DNA from: Octopus sinensis
Lineage: Eukaryota
NCBI RefSeq assembly: GCF_006345805.1
Contig: NC_043000.1
Span: 142,228,001 to 142,292,000, forward strand
DNA length: 64,000 nt
Reading direction: 5' to 3'
Every line of letters starts with the position of its first letter. The stretch's first letter is position 1. The notes beneath the pieces were generated by a model, which worked only from the letters and a program-made list of their open reading frames with translations, made no database searches and was not told where the DNA came from. This document shows positions 13,262-27,887 of this stretch, in pieces. The position numbers and the translations under genes are program-made.

Positions 13262-13800
13262 TACATCATATGCCCGTTGTTAATTATGGGGCGAATTTTA
13301 GGGCTTGTAAATCTAATATTTTTCTGAACTTCTTTAATACCGGTTCCCATATGATGCTCATACCTGCCCTCGGTCTGCTTACGAGGTTGTTGTATCTTTT
13401 TACTTTTGTATAACCTACCACAGCTGCATGGGATGGTCATATTCTCTTTTATTGGTGGTTTTACCTGAAGGAGATATTTGCAACATGTATTACACTTGAA
13501 TACCGTCCTGATGTGATATGGGCCGCATATCTTTTGTTGTTTGTTTCGGAGAGGCCTTTCACATAGGGTAGACAGATGTAGACAGTTTATTGTCCTCATC
13601 CTCCCTCTTCTTCATAATTGGAGTGGATAGTATACTTTTTGGGTAGTTGTTGCTTAACAGGTCGTTTTTGAGCTTGATTATTTCTTCGTGGTGTGCATCC
13701 TGATCGCTACTTATATTCTATGCACGATGGTTCTGTTGCATTCTAATATTCGATAGCTTCATTAGTAAATTGCTGTGGAAATCATTATACTTCTACTTTA
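13262..13800 (-). mobile_element. Penelope-like element fragment (RT thumb to GIY-YIG)
   Basis: Frameshifted minus-strand motifs NNYPKSI, LPYVKGLSE, IRTVFK and TIPCSCGRLY. Confidence 0.75.
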
Positions 13801-13809
13801 CCGAAATTT

Positions 13810-13985
13810 ATTTACTAGACTGTTCATTACTCTTTCAAATAACTTGACGATATGATACCGGTCGGTAATTCAATGCCATCGGCTTGATGTCCTGTTTGAA
13901 AAGGAGGACAATCGACTGCAATACGAACTTTCAGGGAAAATAGTCAGCGTCCACGGATTTCCGCCAGAGAATGCCTAGAAGGAAT
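13810..13985 (-). mobile_element. CR1/L2-type RT fragment
   Basis: Minus strand IVLLFKQDIKPMALNYRPVS...KLFERVM. Confidence 0.6.
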
Positions 13986-14522
13986 GATAGTTAATATCAG
14001 GAATATCTGACTTATTTTTCAAAGATGCAGATTCGTCTAAACACTTTAAATCTTCAAAAGGTCCAAAAACAGTTGTGGTGGGGATAGTAAGATACTGACA
14101 AAGGTACACTGACCTAGTAATAAGTACAGCCAAATCGACTGATTTGCATAACAACAAGAAAAGCTATCTGAGCAGTGACACTTTTTCTGTACAACATATA
14201 TAAGCTAGGACTTGTATCTCGAGGACTTACCTAATAAGAAAACACCCATGTCCGTCAGACCTATTTTATGTATAAAAGACAAATAAATATTCATTACTTC
14301 TGAGACAGCTAGCATTGTTATTCATCTACTTATACAACTACATATTTCACTTCCTTTCTACAAACATGTTACACAAGACACGCCAATGCAAAATAAATAA
14401 CAAATACAACCAATGTTGGCCCTTTACACTATTTGGCTCCTGTTCGTATGTATATGTATATATACATATACATATACATATTCTCTCTGTATATATATAT
14501 ATGTGCGTAAGGTTGCATCAAT

Positions 14523-14564
<42 letters not shown>

Positions 14565-15425
14565 TAGATACACACACATACAATACATATATATATATAT
14601 ATATAGATAAACACACACACACATATATATTGACTGAATATATGTATACGTATATTAATGCTCACTCTCGATGCATATATTTTCTTACAATCATCAGTAT
14701 TCATGTAGATAAACGGTGTAGATGATTATATAAGTGAATTTATGAATACCAATATATATACAAATGTGAATCTATATGTATGCGTGCGTGGGTGTGTGTG
14801 CATGCGTGAGTATTATTTTGTGTATGCTTATATGTGTGAATATGTATATGTAAATATATATGCCTATTCATTCAAAGTAGCGAACGTAAAAAAAAGGGCA
14901 AAGATAGCGAAACCAAATAAAGCATGGAACTGAATTGTAATGACATAATTGGTGCCATTCAACCCGTTATTGATTTTGGCAGCAATATAAAAACGGATAG
15001 CAATAGAAATTCATAGAACGAGGATCATTAGGCACTTGCAGTTAACAGAATTGACTTTGAGAAGCGAGGCCGAATAATTCGACTCTTCAACGCTTGAAAG
15101 AAATATCGAACTGCAATATACATGCATACATGCTTGCATACATATTTACATAGACATACATAATACATTCATATACTTACATGTATATAATATATATATA
15201 TATATGTCATATCTGTATGTATATACATATACATACATAGATATATATATATCTATATATATATAACTATAATATATATATATAATACTACATAAATGCA
15301 TATATATATATGTATATACACATATATGCATATATATATATACTATATAGATAAACATATATATATATATATATATACATATGCATATTCATGTATAAAT
15401 AAATATATATGTACATATATATATA

Positions 15426-15463
<38 letters not shown>

Positions 15464-15689
15464 TATATGCATGCACACGTTTAGAAATATATATTTTTAT
15501 ACACATTTCTTATATTTGAATTTATTCTCTCTATTTCACACTTCTCCGTCTTTTCGAAGCCTCAGCAATTCGTTAAAGAAAGTTATTTCTCTAGGTACAT
15601 AAATGCATGTATACATACACACCATACATGCATATATCTGTGTTCATATATACGACACGATTGAATACATGTGTACAACCTACGTATAG

Positions 15690-15786
<97 letters not shown>

Positions 15787-15834
15787 TTTATACACCACAC
15801 ATATACGCACTCACCACCACACATGCATATATAC

Positions 15835-15865
<31 letters not shown>

Positions 15866-16489
15866 CATATGTTTTCGGGTACGGTTAAGCTATATATATT
15901 TAAAAATTACTGTATATATATTTACTTGCTTTTCTTACGTTTAAAATCTCTGCATTTTACATGTTATAAATGTTAGTACACACTATTTGAGTTATAATAT
16001 ATATTTTATTAAAAAATCATTTTTCCATGATCAAGTTTCTAACACTTCAGTAAGCAGCATTTGCTGACACACATTACTCCCTTTCCAAGGATAGCTAATA
16101 ATGTATACATTTATCGTGTAACTCACAAGCTCACATACTCATACAACCTCAGAAAATCTACCACACACATTAAAGAGAAAGGGATATACCTCATTTAATC
16201 AACAACAGTATGTTAATAGTAGTTGTGTTAGCGACATCAGAGAGATCAAATATAACATGTATCTTCTAGGGTTTTGAAGACATGAAAGGAATAGTATCCT
16301 CCAATCTATATTTTCCGTCGACCCCACTATTTCAATGGTGTACATACAATTGTTTCTAATTTAGGGGAAATGCCAGAGATTTGGAAACGAAGGTGTTTGT
16401 TCATTATTATACGCCCTAATTATACATCCTATGTAGCTTTTAATTCACTTTATTAACTTCGGAAGTATGGAAAGCAAAATTAACCTCGG

Positions 16490-16810
16490 TTAGCTTTGAA
16501 ATCTGGTGATCTCATTCTCGCCCACAACATCATAAGCGGAAAGTGTAACCTCTCGAAAGAGCTGTTCTTCACTCCTGCTCCAGAGCGTCGGCTGCGGGGT
16601 CATTCCGAAAAGCTCTACCTGCGACGATTTCATCTCAACCGAAGGAGAGGTGCTTTCTCCGTCCGGGTTGCGGATCCGTGGAACAAGCTCTTTACAAGTG
16701 GCCCGAACTCTTTACATGAACACCACCCTGTACCTAACTCCATGTCCCCCTACATGGCCTTGCTATTTGCTTTTGAGCCAAATTAACTAACTAACTAACT
16801 AACTAACTAA
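16490..16810 (+). mobile_element. CR1-type LINE 3' end with (AACT)n tail
   Basis: GDLILAHNII..RRLRGHSEKL..RRGAFSVRVADPWNKL, followed by AACTAACTAACT at ~16785-16810. Confidence 0.85.
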
Positions 16811-16879
16811 ATCCTTGAGAAAAACACAACAAATCATTTTCTCCATGCATCGGGCTCTAAAGTTTATATAATCCATTCA

Positions 16880-17035
16880 GGTATAGGCACAAGAGCCTTG
16901 AGGCAAATTTTATCAACCCCTAAAAGATGAAACGCAGAGTTGACCTCGACAGAATCTGAACTCAGAACGAAATGCCGGAAGATATGCGACTAAGCATCTT
17001 GTCCTGTGTTAATCATTCTGCCAGTTCACCTCCTT
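16880..17035 (-). mobile_element. SINE family D (diverged)
   Basis: GTTGACCTCGACAGAATCTGAACTCAGAAC...CTAAGCATC. Confidence 0.7.
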
Positions 17036-18019
17036 CAATCATGTACAAAGTAAATCCACGGCAAGTGACTGATTTTCTTGCATTCTGTTTTTACTTAATA
17101 TAATCTTGAAAGTTCTTACTCTAATCCCGTTCTTCTTACTCTAGTCCCGTTAATTGAAAAGTAGAAATATAGTGAAATAGTTTCTACGAAACAGCATATT
17201 CAGGATTTATTATTATAAAGAATAAACTCTGCAGTTGAAAATCAACATTCTAGTTCGAGTCCTAGAGCAAGTCTGCAAAATAATTTCCATGAATGGCTCA
17301 AGAACGAAAACTCCACAGCGTAAACCTTTAAACAATGCTTTCTGACAAGTCCCGATATTCCTCAATCTATAGAGTTACATATTATTGGCCAATAGATTAA
17401 AACCGTGATATATTCGTGGCATTTATTGACCTTGTATATTTTTGCTTGTAATGTAATGACTTATAAAGTCGATAAATTCCAATAATCTGTGTTTGATGAT
17501 CACTATCATAATATCGATTTGGCGAATCAATACGAAATGATCTAACTCATTAAATGTCATTGGAATCCTGTCCAAATCAAGCGACGTATACGAGTGATTT
17601 CATTAATCACCGTGTCTGAAATATTATTGATAAGAGAGTACGGTTAGAACAACAACCACAGCAGCATAACAACAACATATCTATCTATATATGAATATAT
17701 GTATATTATGTATATATATATATATTATATATATATAATATATATATATTATATATATTATATATATATATATTATATATATATATATATATATATTAGA
17801 TATATATATATGTTATATATTATATATATATATATATATTAATATATATATATATATATATGAAATGCGAACAATTATATAGATATTATTATTGTTATTG
17901 CCTGCGGTAAACATAAATAATTGACGGTAACAACAACAATGATATAGGTGGTTGCAGGCGTTAAATTGCGCTAGATAGCTATAGAATTCAAATTTATATT
18001 TATCATAAGGGCACACCAG

Positions 18020-18263
18020 CTAGACAGTGGAGTTAAATGCCCCAGATAGACCACAAATATCCCTCAAAAATACATCATATAACAACAGTAGACGGCCGAA
18101 CAGGTAAAGAACTTTGATGTACCGTCATAACTAAATGCTTATATAGGCATTTAGCTATGATGGTATGTCTAAATTCTTTACACGTTCGCCCGATTACTGT
18201 TGATATCTGTTGTATTTTTCAGTGTTATTGATGTTTGGGGGGGGATTTAACTCCACTTTCTAG
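18020..18263. repeat. Diverged palindromic fold-back element (~118-bp arms)
   Basis: CTAGACAGTGGAGTTAAAT...TAACTAAATGC, loop TTATATAG, then GCATTTAGCTA...ATTTAACTCCACTTTCTAG. Confidence 0.8.
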
Positions 18264-18320
18264 CAATATGTAGGAAAATACTGCTTAACCAACATTATAA
18301 TAATGATAATAATAATGATC

Positions 18321-18364
<44 letters not shown>

Positions 18365-18390
18365 CAGATAGATAAATAATAATAATAATA

Positions 18391-20036
<1,646 letters not shown>

Positions 20037-20039
20037 TTG

Positions 20040-20200
20040 AGAGTGCACGGAATCTTCCACTCTAAGTGCGACACCGGTGGGCTGTACTTACCCAAAAAAA
20101 TGGGTGGGTGGGGTTTGTTTTAAAGGCTGGAAGAGCATTGTCTCGAAGCAGAGGAAATCAGATTAGGATGTTATTAAAAAAAAAGAAATACCGTAGAATC
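20040..20200 (+). mobile_element. Short RLE-LINE fragment
   Basis: GIFHSKCDTGGLYLPKKMGGWGL resembles the HPKSDIERLY..GGRGL segment. Confidence 0.55.
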
Positions 20201-20256
20201 ATTGTTGAATGTTATGAAGAAGTCCGTCGCTATTCAAATTGATAATTGCATAGAGC

Positions 20257-23129
20257 GGCGCTTCTTAAACCTTTTTCATTCAAGATTCCATTTTTCACCA
20301 CGAGACTTTTCGCGACCTCGTGTATTAATTATGGATTAAAACATACATACAAATACATAAATCATTTGTTTTTGGTTGAACAATTTACCTATAGAAATGT
20401 ATTTATATTATTTGTCAAAATAAAAGTAGTTTTAGGATGTTTCAAGTACAAAAATTAAACCAAACTAAATGATTCAAGTACAAAAATAACACACCCACCA
20501 TAAAAAAAATTGAAATTAAATAAAACAAAGTAAAAATCAATGTGACGGATGTCCTTGTTTTTTCCTGCATAAAAAATTAAACCTTGGTCTAATATTTGAC
20601 ATTGCAGAACGTAAAGCATTTTCTACGATTTTCAGCGTTGAAAGTTATTTGGTTTTGATAAGGGTTAAAGTTACTAAAAAAAGTCGTTTCACATAAGTAT
20701 GTGGTGCTAATTGAAAAAAAGAGCATGTCATTTCAGAAATTGTGGGAAATTCAGCTTCAGCTCCGAAACAGAATTCAATCAGAGACCTTTTTGTAAAATC
20801 AAGATTCATGTTTGAGTCACTCAATAGCTCAATGAATTCCTCTTGGGCTTTATACGGCAGATGATTAATATCATCAATGTGTTTCTAGTGTAGTTAAGTG
20901 GTCGATAATAATTGTTGCAATTAAAGTTTTTTAAATTATTCATTTCAGTTACAAAATCGTCGATAACAGGAAACATTTGAAGTGAATCATTTTTCACCGT
21001 GTTCTTTCAAATGTTGTTCTTTTTTTATAAAACCTTCAATTTTGTCATTCGAATTGAATATATCACTTTTCTTGAAGAGACAAGTTGGGATAATTTAATT
21101 TCTGAAAAAATACCTGACAAATAGCATACATTTGAAAGCTATAAGTCATTTTGAAACAGAGAAGTAAGATCTGTTTTTTGTTCAGTTAAAAATATACTAT
21201 TTCCGTCTTTTGACAACAATAATCTGTTTAAACTTCGCCCTATTGACAGCCACCTTACTTCAGCGTATAATAATAAGTTTTTGTATTCTGAGTCAATGAT
21301 TTTACAGAGATTTCAAAATAAACGGCTGTTAAGAGTAAGGCTTTTAATAAAGTTTATAATTTTGATAATATCCTGAAGCACATTGTTTAATTCCGGTGCT
21401 AATTTTTTTGTTGCAAGGGCCTCTCGATGGATCATGCAGTGTGTAAAAGTTACATGCTTATTACCTGTTGCTTTAACAAACGATTTAAGACAAATATTTT
21501 CGCCTATCATCGCTTTTGCACCATCTTTGCATACTCCAATACAATTTTTCCATTCAAAACCTACAGTTTTAAAAAGTTCGTCAACTTTACTATATCTATC
21601 TTTCTCTCTTGTACGTTCTTCCAAAAGATGACAAACTAACAACCCTTCATTAGCGTTTTCTTTACAAATATATCTGATGTATACTAACAATTGAGCCATT
21701 TTTTAAATATCAGTTTTTTTGTCTAACTGAACTGCAAATTTGAGGTTGTCTTTAAATATAATAATAAGTTGCTCAAATTATCCGCAGGAAATTTCATTAA
21801 TTCTATTGATGAGAGTGTTGCTCGACAAAGGAATTTTTCGAATTTTATCTCCATATTTAATTCCGTGAAGTATTTCTACCATCTTCATAGCAGCAGGTAA
21901 GGTAATAAAAGTTTTTTCCCAATGGTTGTTTGTCTTTTTTTTTTAGCAATTAGATATGAAATTTCGTATAAGGCTAATAAATATTTTTCGTTTAAAATCA
22001 CAAATTTCTCAAACTTTTGTTTTTCTATATTTGAAGATATAAACAGTCATTCAAAATATATCTTTGGTTTGTTGGCATATGAGGGTTATTTGGATTCAAG
22101 ATGCCTTTTTAATTTTGAGGGTTTGATACTTTCCACTATCAAAGCGTTATTGCAAATTAAACAAAGAGGTTGTTCCATAGGCGCAGGAGTGGCTGTGTGG
22201 TAAGTAGCTTGCTTACCAACCACATGGTTCCGGGTTCAGTCCCACTGCATGGCACCTTGGGCAAGTGTCTTCTACTATAGCCCCGGGCCGACCAAAGCAT
22301 TGTGAGTGGATTTGGTAGACGGAAACTGAAAGAAGCCCGTCGTATATATGTATACATATATATATGTGTGTGTGTGTGTGTTTGTGTGTGTCTGTGTTTG
22401 TCCCCCTAGCATTGCTTCACAACCGATGCTGGTGTGTTTATGTCCCTGTTACTTAGCGGTTCGGCAAAAGAGAACGATAGAATAAGTACGGAGCTTTCAA
22501 AAGAATAAGTCCCAGGTTCGAGTTGCTCAATTAAAGGCGGTGCCCCAGCCTGGCTGCAGTCAAATGACTGAAACAAGTAAAAGAGTAAAAGAGTAATACC
22601 ATCGCTATCATTAAAAGTAAAACCAAATTGGAGAAATGATTCATCGCAATTCTTTTTCGCATCTTAGGTGCCTCTCTCTGGTTACTAGGTCCTGCATGAA
22701 AAGACGTTGTAGCATTGCCATCTGCATCATTATTTTTGTTACTCATGTTCAGTCATTTATCCATGAACAAAAATATTTATATTTTGAAATATAAGTAAAA
22801 TAACGTTTTGTAAAATAATTATTCTGAAATTATATAAATGAATAGCAGCCTCAATCAAATAAGGCAACATGTATTGTTATTAATACATTTATTAAGAGGA
22901 ACGCAGTCAACTAACTACACTGAAAATACGTTGTCGCTGCACTAGCCGCAACGGTGAAACACGCGCGTTTTATTAGTGCAGCGCTTGCGTTGTGCATCAT
23001 AGTAAATTTTGTGCGTTTGTGAAATAAAAACGAAACTGAAATTCAAATGTTTGAATTTAATTTTGGTGATCTCAGTAGTTTACTTAGCGATCCCAAATTG
23101 GGTGGAGGCCCATAGTATGAAAAGCGTTG
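20257..23129 (-). mobile_element. Full-length Buster-type hAT transposon fossil (transposase pseudogene from 22764, interrupted by a SINE)
   Basis: BED-finger region ESFLQFGF..QPLCLICN..KPSKLKRHLESK, FAVQLD, KDGAKAM, HCMIHREAL (CxxH) and TYLCET. Imperfect TIRs CGGCGCTTCTTAAACC / AGTATGAAAAGCGTTG. Flanking 8-mers GCATAGAG / GTGTATAG. Confidence 0.85.
22180..22595 (+). mobile_element. SINE family A nested in the hAT transposase
   Basis: Full match to 285-710; splits the DSDG/EQPLC part of the hAT N-terminus. Confidence 0.92.
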
Positions 23130-23137
23130 GTGTATAG

Positions 23138-24010
23138 AAAAAAGACTTGGAGACGTAAAGAAACAGGAAGGAAGGCGAAAAGATGTTTGGTCGGCTTGCA
23201 AGAGATAAAAAACACTAAGAAAAATACAGAAGACTGTTGGCTATGTAGGAAGAGGATTGACCTGAAGATAGAGACAGAGCACTTATATGTGCAGCACAAG
23301 ACCAAGTTTTAAGTACTAAGTTTTCAACTTGCAGAATCGACAACACTACCGAGTAGGACAAATGTATAATGTGTGGTGAGACGCGAGAAATGGTATAGCA
23401 CATTGTTAGCGAATTCCCGAAAGGGATTGCGAAAGGTGACATGACAAGGAGGCAAGAATGATCCATTGGGAGCTCTGTAGAAATCACGGCCTACAAATAG
23501 CAAAGATGTAGTAGGAATAAACCGCAGAAGGAGTCACAGAGAAAAAAGATTGCAAGATCCTGAGGGATGCAATTATTCAGTGCGATCATTTGATCAGACA
23601 TCGGCGGCTAGGCATTGTTGTGGTGAATAAATAAGAAAGAACTGGCAAGATAATTGACATTTCATGTCCCAGTGACAACAGGATCAAAGAGAAAGAAGAA
23701 AAATTGAACAACTACGAAAGATTTCAAGAAGGAAATACGAAGGTTGTGGTCAATGAGGAGAGTAAATGTGAGCCCATAGTGATAGGCTAACTTGTCAGTA
23801 ACAGCCCTCAGCTAACATCATGGCTCAAAAATATTGGTACAATGTAAAGATAGAACACCTACAAAGACCAGAATAGCTTGCAAGTGCTACAATTCTTTGC
23901 AGGATTTTTGAAGCATGACCAGTAAACACGTGTCACTTTAGTCTGTTGGGTCTGGACACCTGACATTTTCCATCATACACAACAAAATAAGATGACAGTG
24001 TTCATCAAAT
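23138..24010 (+). mobile_element. Decayed RLE-type LINE 3' part (second family)
   Basis: WL..IDLKIETE..CAAQDQ, KCIMCGE..HIVS, IHWELC and IIDISCPSDNRIKEKE. Confidence 0.8.
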
Positions 24011-24076
24011 GAGGATAATTATGATGATGACAATGATTAACATCATCATATTACTACTAGTACTACTACTACTACT

Positions 24077-24458
24077 GGAGGCGCAATGGCCCAGTGGTTA
24101 GGGCAGCGGACTCGCGGTCATAGGATCGCGGTTTCGATTCTCAGACCAGGCGTTGTGAGTGTTTATTGAGCGAAAACACCTAAAGCTCCACGACGCTCCG
24201 GCAGGGGATGGTGGTGATCCCTGCTGTACTCTTTCACCACAACTTTATCTCATTCTTACTTCCTGTTTCTGTTGTACCTGTATTTCAAAGGGCCGGCCTT
24301 GTCACTCTCTGTGTCATGCTGAATATCCCCGAGAACTACGTTAAGGGTACACGTGTCTGTGGAGTGCTCAGCCACTTACACGTTAATTTCACGAGCAGGC
24401 TGTTCCGTTGATTCGGATCAACCGGAACCCTCATCGTCCTAACCGACGGAGTGCTTCC
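24077..24458 (+). mobile_element. SINE family B
   Basis: Near-identical to 4013-4395; inserted in (ACT)n. Confidence 0.92.
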
Positions 24459-24558
24459 TTCCTACTACTACTACTACACTACTACTACTACTACTACTAC
24501 TAACACTACTACAACTACAACTACTACTACTACTACTACAACTTGTACTACTACCACC

Positions 24559-24592
<34 letters not shown>

Positions 24593-24605
24593 ACACCACC
24601 ACCAT
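24458..24605. repeat. (ACT)n/(ACC)n compound microsatellite
   Basis: Seen directly. Confidence 0.95.
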
Positions 24606-24779
24606 ACTGGGGACACATTGTTCAAAATATGTTCGCAAGAATTCAGCTTTGTCACTCAACATGAAAATTAACATACTGATAGCAAACTTAGGAAAATGAA
24701 CAATGTGTCCCCTCTATGCAAAATCTATGAAACGAAAAAAAACCATATACAGAACTTCATGCACCGCATGCAGTTCTCA

Positions 24780-25280
24780 AGATATGGTCCGAAAGATAGG
24801 GTTCGAGTATACAGGAGGAGAAGAACGAACTTAGACAGCATTATACGTAATGCATTTGCAGTACCACTGCTAATCCCAACATTTTGGATATTTAATTGGT
24901 CTGTAGAAGATATCCACTCCATAGATATCAAACCCGAAAAATCCTGACAACAACTGGGAACTTTCACAGACAGTGATGTTGACAAGCTCTACCTTAGAAT
25001 AAGTGAAGGTGGTAGTGGCGTGAGATCAATGCGGACGGCCTTCGAATGCTGTATGGTATCACTCAAGCAGCGCCAGCTAAACAACAGCAGCAAAAGTAGA
25101 TATATTAATGTAGTACTGAAAAGCGAAGTGAGCAACATTGTACGAGTTGGCAGTGAACACTTCAAGGGACATTCTCTTCCTGATGACCTCCTAAACAGCC
25201 ACCAAAAATCTGGGCTGTCTTACCTCAGACAAGACCTGGATGGAAAGCACTCATCATACAAAAATGTACATACATTTTAC
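24780..25280 (+). mobile_element. RLE-type LINE fragment (third family)
   Basis: NAFAVPLLIPTF..FNWSVEDIHSIDIK..GNFH..SDVDKLYLRISEGGSG. Confidence 0.75.
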
Positions 25281-25409
25281 GACAAATAACCAAACACACA
25301 CACACACAAACACACACACACAAACACACACACACACCACACACACACACACTCCCTCACAGTGTGAGTGTGTGTGTGTATGTGTGTGTATATATACATA
25401 TAGATATGT

Positions 25410-25611
25410 ATATAAAGTTAATCCAAACAAGAAAGCACAAAAAACACAACAACGCGAGGACGTGGAACAAGTATAGTATTATTGGACGCTCAGGAGAGAA
25501 GGAAAGAAGGAAGGTTTAACGTTTCGAGCGGAGCTCTTTGTCGGAAACATAGGAGAAGGAAAGATCCAGAGAAGGTAAGACAGAGGAAAAAAAATCGCCA
25601 ACGGTAAACAA

Positions 25612-25612
<1 letters not shown>
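25410..25612 (-). mobile_element. Probable PLE pseudo-LTR remnant carrying a minimal HHR-like motif
   Basis: ~200-bp segment between (TA)-rich runs that contains the 25514-25548 motif. Confidence 0.55.
25514..25548 (-). ncRNA. Minimal type I hammerhead-like motif, degenerate core
   Basis: GTTT-CCGACAA-A-GAGC TCC GCTC-GAAA-CGT-T-AAAC: stem I 4 bp, stem II 4 bp, palindromic ACGT stem III; U4C and G8A changes. Confidence 0.6.
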
Positions 25613-25651
<39 letters not shown>

Positions 25652-25664
25652 ACTGAGTCATGTC

Positions 25665-25705
25665 ACTATCGCCTGATGATCGTCTCGGCGTGAAACTCGA
25701 ATAGT
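25665..25705 (+). ncRNA. Hammerhead remnant lacking the cleavage triplet
   Basis: ACTATCGC-CTGATGA-T-CGTC TC GGCG-T-GAAA-CTCGA-ATAGT. Confidence 0.5.
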
Positions 25706-25830
25706 AAGAAGTTTTCAAAAGTTCTTTATGTTCTATTTATATTGAGCACACTTTCCTCATTTGTTCGACATAAATAACGAAAGTACAAACACAGACATAT
25801 ATTTACATATGCATATATATATATACATGA

Positions 25831-25898
<68 letters not shown>

Positions 25899-26674
25899 CG
25901 CACGTACACATACATACACATGTTTATTTGCGTAAGTATGCTCATACTTATGTACAAAACCCATACAAAACGCAAGCAAACAATTATATCCTATAATATT
26001 CAGTAACTTCGAACACACGATATTAAAATTTAAATTTAACTACAATAACGCAAACGACAGCTACAGAAAAAAAAACGAATCAAAATATAAATTTTAAAAG
26101 AACAAATTGAATATTTACTCGGACGTAAGCTTAATATCTTATTCTTAAAAATGCGGCATTTAAAATTTTCTTTTATTACATACGCTTTGTAGATTTTACA
26201 AAATGGAAACGAAGCGAAACAAAATGATTAGGAATTATAATACTGTCATTGTAAATACAGCCTTTCGCAATCCTATTATTCCGTTTCATTTCCAATCTGT
26301 GTTAAACACGTTTTAAAACATCTTTTGAGTATATGTAGTAAACGAGAATATTCTGCATTGCTGTGTTTGCCAACCATCGAACTCAAATTGTTCAGGTGAG
26401 AAAATTAAGTTATACCCAGGTATATGTATACAAAAGTTTTATCTCTACTTTGACTTGTATTAGGTATATAAATATACATTGATTTATATTGATATATATA
26501 TTACCAAAATACGCGTGGGCGTGTATGTATTTAACATACATACATATATAAGTGTGTGTGTATTCATATTTCTACGTATGAAGTGATATGCATATAATTA
26601 TATTTTTTCACATATATGAATACATACACGAGCGCTCACACACATACCCACAGATATATATGCTGTATATTTCA

Positions 26675-26715
<41 letters not shown>

Positions 26716-26724
26716 GTTCACAGC

Positions 26725-27560
26725 TGTGGGGAAGCTGGGGCACTGTTATAATTGAGAGCCTCCTCTGATATGTTTTAGTGTTGCTGCCCTCATCCGCACT
26801 ACCTGCCGCGAGTTAGTTTCATCTGGGACTCTCGACAGGAAGAGATCCAGTTTCCTTTTGAAAGCACCTACATCCACTTTATGTAGCTGTGGGACCTTGA
26901 AACCCTGGCTGTTGCAGTAACCTGTCCTGAAGCGCGACGGGGTTGTTCAAATCTTTAGCAATGTGCAGTGACGACTCTTTCTGGTTTTTTGTGTAGCTTT
27001 CAAAGCCAAATTTTAGCACAAGTCCTCCCGGGATCTTCCAGATGTATATTACTGAATATCACTCCCGACTTCTCTCCACTGAGTAGATTCTTATCTGCTT
27101 CAAAATTTCGCAACAGATGAGTTGTTGCAGTGATACGATCTTCTTTGTGAAGCATCACTGGATTGCTTCAAGGTCAGCTCTTAATTTTACACAGCGGGGT
27201 GACTATAGTTTGGAACTCTAGTCAAGGTGGCTGGGACGAATCTTCCAGAGGACCATTATGGTTTCCTTCTCTCTGGTTCTGTGGGTTCTCAGGACCCATC
27301 AATTCTCAGGACCCATCAATTCTCAGGACCCATCAATTCTCAGGACCCATCAAAGCTAGCCGTCTGCACTTTCTCACCATCTTGGTAATGTGCCCTTGGA
27401 ATGAGATATCATGACTCATGTCGATACCCAAGTCCCGCACTGATTTATGTTACAGTGTAGTCAGTAAAACAATCCTTCAGATTTGGACGCGCAGGGGTTG
27501 GAATTTTCCACCATTAAACTGCATAATATTGTCCTCAGCCCTTCTGTAAATTGCATCCAA
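26725..27560 (-). mobile_element. CR1-type LINE 3' part
   Basis: AEDNIMQFNGGKFQ, VRDLGID, WVLR and AFKRKLD..SRVPDE. Confidence 0.82.
27286..27353. repeat. 17-bp tandem repeat x4 (TTCTCAGGACCCATCAA)
   Basis: Four exact units seen directly. Confidence 0.95.
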
Positions 27561-27647
27561 CTCCTGTTGTAGGCTTGCAACATCACCGTGGATCGAACTC
27601 ACGATCTTATGCTAAACCATGCGCTTTTACTATATATATATATATAT

Positions 27648-27734
27648 ATTCTCCAGTACGGCTGCAGCTCAATGGCTCATCGAAGTATACGATAAATGGT
27701 CTTTCTCTTCCTCTTCCTCTCTCTCTCTTTAATT

Positions 27735-27781
<47 letters not shown>

Positions 27782-27788
27782 CGTATAT

Positions 27789-27821
<33 letters not shown>

Positions 27822-27887
27822 GAGGGAGAGAAAGACCATTTATTATGTACTTCGATGAGGCTCTGAGCTGCAGCCATACTGGAGAAT
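27648..27887. repeat. Inverted repeat centred on a (TA)n run
   Basis: ATTCTCCAGTACGGCTGCAGCTCA...GGTCTTTCTC versus GAGAAAGACC...TGAGCTGCAGCCATACTGGAGAAT. Confidence 0.88.

Noticed and set aside
22929-22985. 10-bp inverted repeat CGCTGCACTA/TAGTGCAGCG enclosing GAAACACGCGCGT
   Set aside because: No hammerhead core; better explained as subterminal structure of the hAT element.
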